From assembly GCF_902713615.1 (NCBI RefSeq), contig NC_052158.1:40477729-40541728 (forward strand): a stretch of DNA of 64,000 nt, written 5' to 3'. This document shows, piece by piece, positions 59,275 through 64,000 of the stretch (the first letter of the stretch is position 1; every line of letters starts with the position of its first letter). The notes below the pieces were generated by a model. That model did no database searches. It was not told where the DNA came from and saw only the letters and a list, made by a program, of their open reading frames with translations. The position numbers and the translations under genes are program-made. This DNA is from Scyliorhinus canicula. Its lineage: Eukaryota.

Positions 59275-61118
59275 CTCCCTCCTGACCCTGTCTCACTCTC
59301 CCAGACACTGTTAAACCTGTCAGACTAATTTCACTCCCTCCTGACCCTGTCTCACTCTCCCAGACACTGTTAAACCTGTCAGACTAATTTCACTCCCTCC
59401 TGACCCTGTCTCACCCTCCCAGACACTGTTAAACCTGTCAGACTAATTTCACTCCCTCCTGACCCTGCCTCACCCTCCCAGACACTGTTAAACCTGTCAG
59501 ACTAATTTCACTCCCTCCTGACACTGTCTCACTCTCCCAGACACTGTTAAACCTGTCAGACTAATTTCACTCCCTCCTGACCCTGTCTCACTCTCCCAGA
59601 CACTGTTAAACCTGTCAGACTAATTTCACTCCTCCTGACCCTGTCTCACCCTCCCAGACACTGTTAAACCTGTCAGACTAATTTCACTCCCTCCTGACCC
59701 TGTCTCACTCTCTCAGACACTGTTAAACCTGTCAGACTAATTTCACTCCCTCCTGACCCTGTCTCACTCTCTCAGACACTGTTAAACCTGTCAGACTAAT
59801 TTCACTCCCCTCCTGACCCTGTCTCACCCTTCCACTGTTAAACCTGTCAGACTAATTTCACTCCCTCCTGACCCTGTCTCACTCTCCCAGACTCTGTTAA
59901 AACCTGTCAGACTAATTTCACTCCCTCCTGACCCTGTCTCACCCTCCCAGACACTGTTAAACCTGTCAGACTAATTTCACTCCCTCCTGACCCTGTCTCA
60001 CCCTCCCAGACACAGTTAAACCTGTCAGACTAATTTCACTCCCTCCTGACCCTGTCTCACTCTCCCAGACACTGTTAAACCTGTCAGACTAATTTCACTC
60101 CCTCCTGATCCTGTCTCACCCTCCCAGACATTGTTAAACCTGTCAGACTAATTTCACTCCCCTCCTGACCCTGTCTCACTCTCCCAGACACTGTTAAACC
60201 TGTCAGACAAATTTCACTCCCCTCCTGACCCTGTCTCACTCTCCCAGACACTGTTAAAACCTGTCAGACTAATTTCATTCCCTCCTGACCCTGTTTCACT
60301 CTCCCAGACACTGTTAAACCTGTCAGACTAATTTCACTCCCCTCCTGACCCTGTCTCACCCTCCCACTGTTAAACCTGTCAGACTAATGTCACTCCCTCC
60401 TGACCCTGTCTCACTCTCCCAGACACTGTTAAACCTGTCAGACTAATTTCACTCCCTCCTGACCCGGTCTCACCCTCCCAGACACTGTTAAACCTGTCAG
60501 ACTAATTTCACTCACTCCTGACCCTGTCTCACCCTCACCAACACTGTTAAACCTGTCAGACTAATTTCACTCCCTCCTGACCCTGTCTCACTCTCCCAGA
60601 CCCTGTTAAACCTGTCAGACTAATTTCACTCCCTCCTGACACTGTCTCACTCTCCCAGACACTGTTAAACCTGTCAGACTAATTTCACTCCCTCCTGACC
60701 CTGTCTCACCCTCCCAGACACTGTTAAACCTGTCAGACTAATTTCACTCCCTCCTGACCCTGTCTCACTCTCCCAGACACTGTTAAACCTGTCAGACTAA
60801 TTTCACTCCCTCCTGACCCTGTCTCACTCTCCCAGACTCTGTTAAAACCTGTCAGACTAATTTCATTCCCTCCTGACCCTGTTTCACTCTCCCAGACACT
60901 GTTAAACCTGTCAGACTAATTTCACTCCCTCCTGACCCTGTCTCACTCTCCCAGACTCTGTTAAAACCTGTCAGACTAATTTCATTCCCTCCTGACCCTG
61001 TTTCACTCTCCCAGACACTGTTAAACCTGTCAGACTAATTTCACTCCCTCCTGACCCTGTCTCACCCTCCCAGACACCGTTAAATCCTGTCAGACTAATT
61101 TCCCTCCCTCCTGACCCT
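59275..61118. repeat. 59-bp tandem repeat, about 31 copies
   Basis: Same unit; shares rare variant units with 56165-57838. Confidence 0.96.
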
Positions 61119-61692
61119 GAACCGATTGTCTTGTTTCTCTCCATTCCTTACCTCGTGGGTTTACTGGGCTCCACTGCAGGACATTCCCGGAGCCTCATTG
61201 ATGAATAACAGGATTGGCCTATTCTAGTGTGAACCTGGACATCATTATCCATCCTTCCATATCACAGCGACACACAGAATTACAGCTCATTGTTTACACT
61301 CAGTTCTTTGATGATTGAAATCTATTTTTCCTGGGAATGTGTTTCCACAGATTGAACAATGGATCCCAGAGACACCAGGTTGGGAACCTGATTCTTCAAC
61401 TGGGACTTTCTCCAGTAGCGTTTCCATCCAGTATCAGCAATGTGACACCCCTCACAGTCGAAGGGATCTTCTAGGTGACATGAATCTCCTCACTTTACAA
61501 GTTGTCTGAGATGAAGGAAGGTGAGGGTTGATGCAGTGAATTCCCACACAGTTGCTCGTGTGGAAGGTGGGTTCAGCCGGAGCAGAGGATCTGAGTAGGT
61601 TGGAAAACCCTGTCACCATTTCGACATTCCCCATCCCAGGGGAGGAGAATCAACTCAGTCCCGTCACTCATCAGGAACCAGTGGTGTAAACT

Positions 61693-64000
61693 CTGGAAAC
61701 ATTGCTGACCACCAGCCCATTGACAATAATCAGCTGGAAACATTGCTGACCACCAGCTCATTGACAATAATCAGCTGGAAACATTGCTGACCACCAGTCC
61801 ATTGACAATAATCAGCTGGAAACGTTGCTGACCACCAACTCATTGACAATAATCAGCTGGAAACATTGCTGACCACCAGCTCATTGACAATAATCAGCTG
61901 GAAACATTGCTGACCACCAACTCATTGACAATAATCAGCTGGAAACATTGCTGACCACCAACTCATTGACAATAATCAGCTGGAAACATTGCTGACCACC
62001 AACTCATTGACAATAATCAGCTGGAAACATTGCTGACCACCAGCTCATTGACAATAATCAGCTGGAAACATTGCTGCCCACCAGCTCATTGACAATACTC
62101 AGCTGGAAACATTGCTGACCACCAGCTCATTGACAATAATCAGCTGGAAACATTGCTGACCACCAGCCCATTGACACTAATCAGCTGGAAACATTGCTGA
62201 CCATTAGCTCATTGACAATAATCAGCTGGAAACATTGCTGACCACCAGCTCATTGACAATAATCAGCTGGAAACATTGCTGACCACCAACTCATTGACAA
62301 TAATCAGCTGGAAACATTGCTGACCACCAACTCATTGACAATAATCAGCTGGAAACATTGCTGACCACCAGCTCATTGACAATAATCAGCTGGAAACATT
62401 GCTGACCACCAGCTCATTGACAATAATCAGCTGGAAACATTGCTGACCACCAGCCCATTGACAATAATCAGCTGGAAACATTGCTGACCACCAACTCATT
62501 GACAATAATCAGCTGGAAACATTGCTGACCACCAGCTCATTGACAATAATCAGCTGGAAACATTGCTGACCACCAGCCCATTGACAATAATCAGCTGGAA
62601 ACATTGCTGACCACCAACTCATTGACAATAATCAGCTGGAAACATTGCTGACCACCAGCTCATTGACAATAATCAGCTGGAAACATTGCTGACCACCAGC
62701 TCATTGACAATAATCAGCTGGAAACATTGCTGACCACCAGCCCATTGACACTAATCAGCTGGAAACATTGCTGACCATTAGCTCATTGACAATAATCAGC
62801 TGGAAACATTGCTGACCACCAGCTCATTGACAATAATCAGCTGGAAACATTGCTGACCACCAACTCATTGACAATAATCAGCTGGAAACATTGCTGACCA
62901 CCAACTCATTGACAATAATCAGCTGGAAACATTGCTGACCACCAGCCCATTGACAATAATCAGCTGGAAACATTGCTGACCACCAACTCATTGACAATAA
63001 TCAGCTGGAAACATTGCTGACCACCAGCTCATTGACAATAATCAGCTGGAAACATTGCTGACCACCAGCCCATTGACACTAATCAGCTGGAAACATTGCT
63101 GACCATTAGCTCATTGACAATAATCAGCTGGAAACATTGCTGACCACCAGCTCATTGACAATAATCAGCTGGAAACATTGCTGACCACCAACTCATTGAC
63201 AATAATCAGCTGGAAACATTGCTGACCACCAACTCATTGACAATAATCAGCTGGAAACATTGCTGACCACCAGCTCATTGACAATAATCAGCTGGAAACA
63301 TTGCTGACCACCAGCTCATTGACAATAATCAGCTGGAAACATTGCTGACCACCAACTCATTGACAATAATCAGCTGGAAACATTGCTGACCACCAGCCCA
63401 TTGACAATAATCAGCTGGAAACATTGCTGACCACCAGCTCATTGACAATAATCAGCTGGAAACATTGCTGACCACCAACTCATTGACAATAATCAGCTGG
63501 AAACATTGCTGACCACCAGCTCATTGACAATAATCAGCTGGAAACATTGCTGACCACCAGCTCATTGACAATAATCAGCTGGAAACATTGCTGACCATTA
63601 GCTCATTGACAATAATCAGCTGGAAACATTGCTGACCACCAGCTCGTTGACAATAATCAGCTGGAAACATTGCTGACCACCAGCCCATTGACAATAATCA
63701 GCTGGAAACATTGCTGACCACCAGCTCATTGACAATAATCAGCTGGAAACATTGCTGACCACCAACTCATTGACAATAATCAGCTGGAAACATTGCTGAC
63801 CACCAGCTCATTGACAATAATCAGCTGGAAACATTGCTGACCACCAGCTCATTGACAATAATCAGCTGGAAACATTGCTGACCACCAGCTCATTGACAAT
63901 AATCAGCTGGAAACATTGCTGACCACCAACTCATTGACACTAATCAGCTGGAAACATTGCTGACCACCAGCCCATTGACAATAATCAGCTGGAAACATTG
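61693..64000. repeat. Homogeneous 41-bp satellite, at least 56 copies, running off the window
   Basis: Unit CTGGAAACATTGCTGACCACCAGCTCATTGACAATAATCAG. Confidence 0.98.

Larger units (their letters stand above)
54953..61266 (+). repeat. Tandem duplication of a ~3-kb module (54953-57981 and 57982-61266)
   Basis: Near-identical copies joined at a CACA microhomology. Confidence 0.9.

Noticed and set aside
61693-64000. CRISPR-like regular repeats (also the 59-bp and 77-bp arrays)
   Set aside because: Head-to-tail units with no unique spacers, no cas genes, and a eukaryotic context.

Overview
Repeat-rich eukaryotic DNA, inferred to be from a cartilaginous fish (catshark-like HE1-type SINEs, CR1 LINEs, shark-type MHC exons). 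The main host gene is a complete, intact six-exon MHC class I heavy-chain gene on the + strand (30582-51146, 342 aa spliced). It is clearly nonclassical: both alpha2 disulfide cysteines and most A-pocket peptide-anchor residues are lost. Bases 1-18093 are an inverted copy, a few percent diverged, of 27511-43526. This gives a second, head-to-head class I copy on the - strand (leader and alpha1 visible, remainder off-window) that lacks the promoter ISRE. A 500-N scaffold gap (18153-18652) separates the two copies, so paralog versus mis-scaffolded haplotig is unresolved. Between them lies a decayed Ty3/gypsy LTR retrotransposon (23015-28829) with unusual features: no tRNA PBS but a 14-nt segment complementary to its own LTR, a YLDN RT motif, a 12-bp flanking duplication, and a hAT-type MITE inserted in RT. 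A pol-less LTR element (47963-50631) sits in the last MHC intron. The rest is CR1/L1/Tx1 fragments, SINEs, MITEs and tandem arrays (15, 18, 41, 59, 72 and 77 bp units). Most long ORFs in the ORF track are artefacts of these arrays. All alignments and counts were done by eye.
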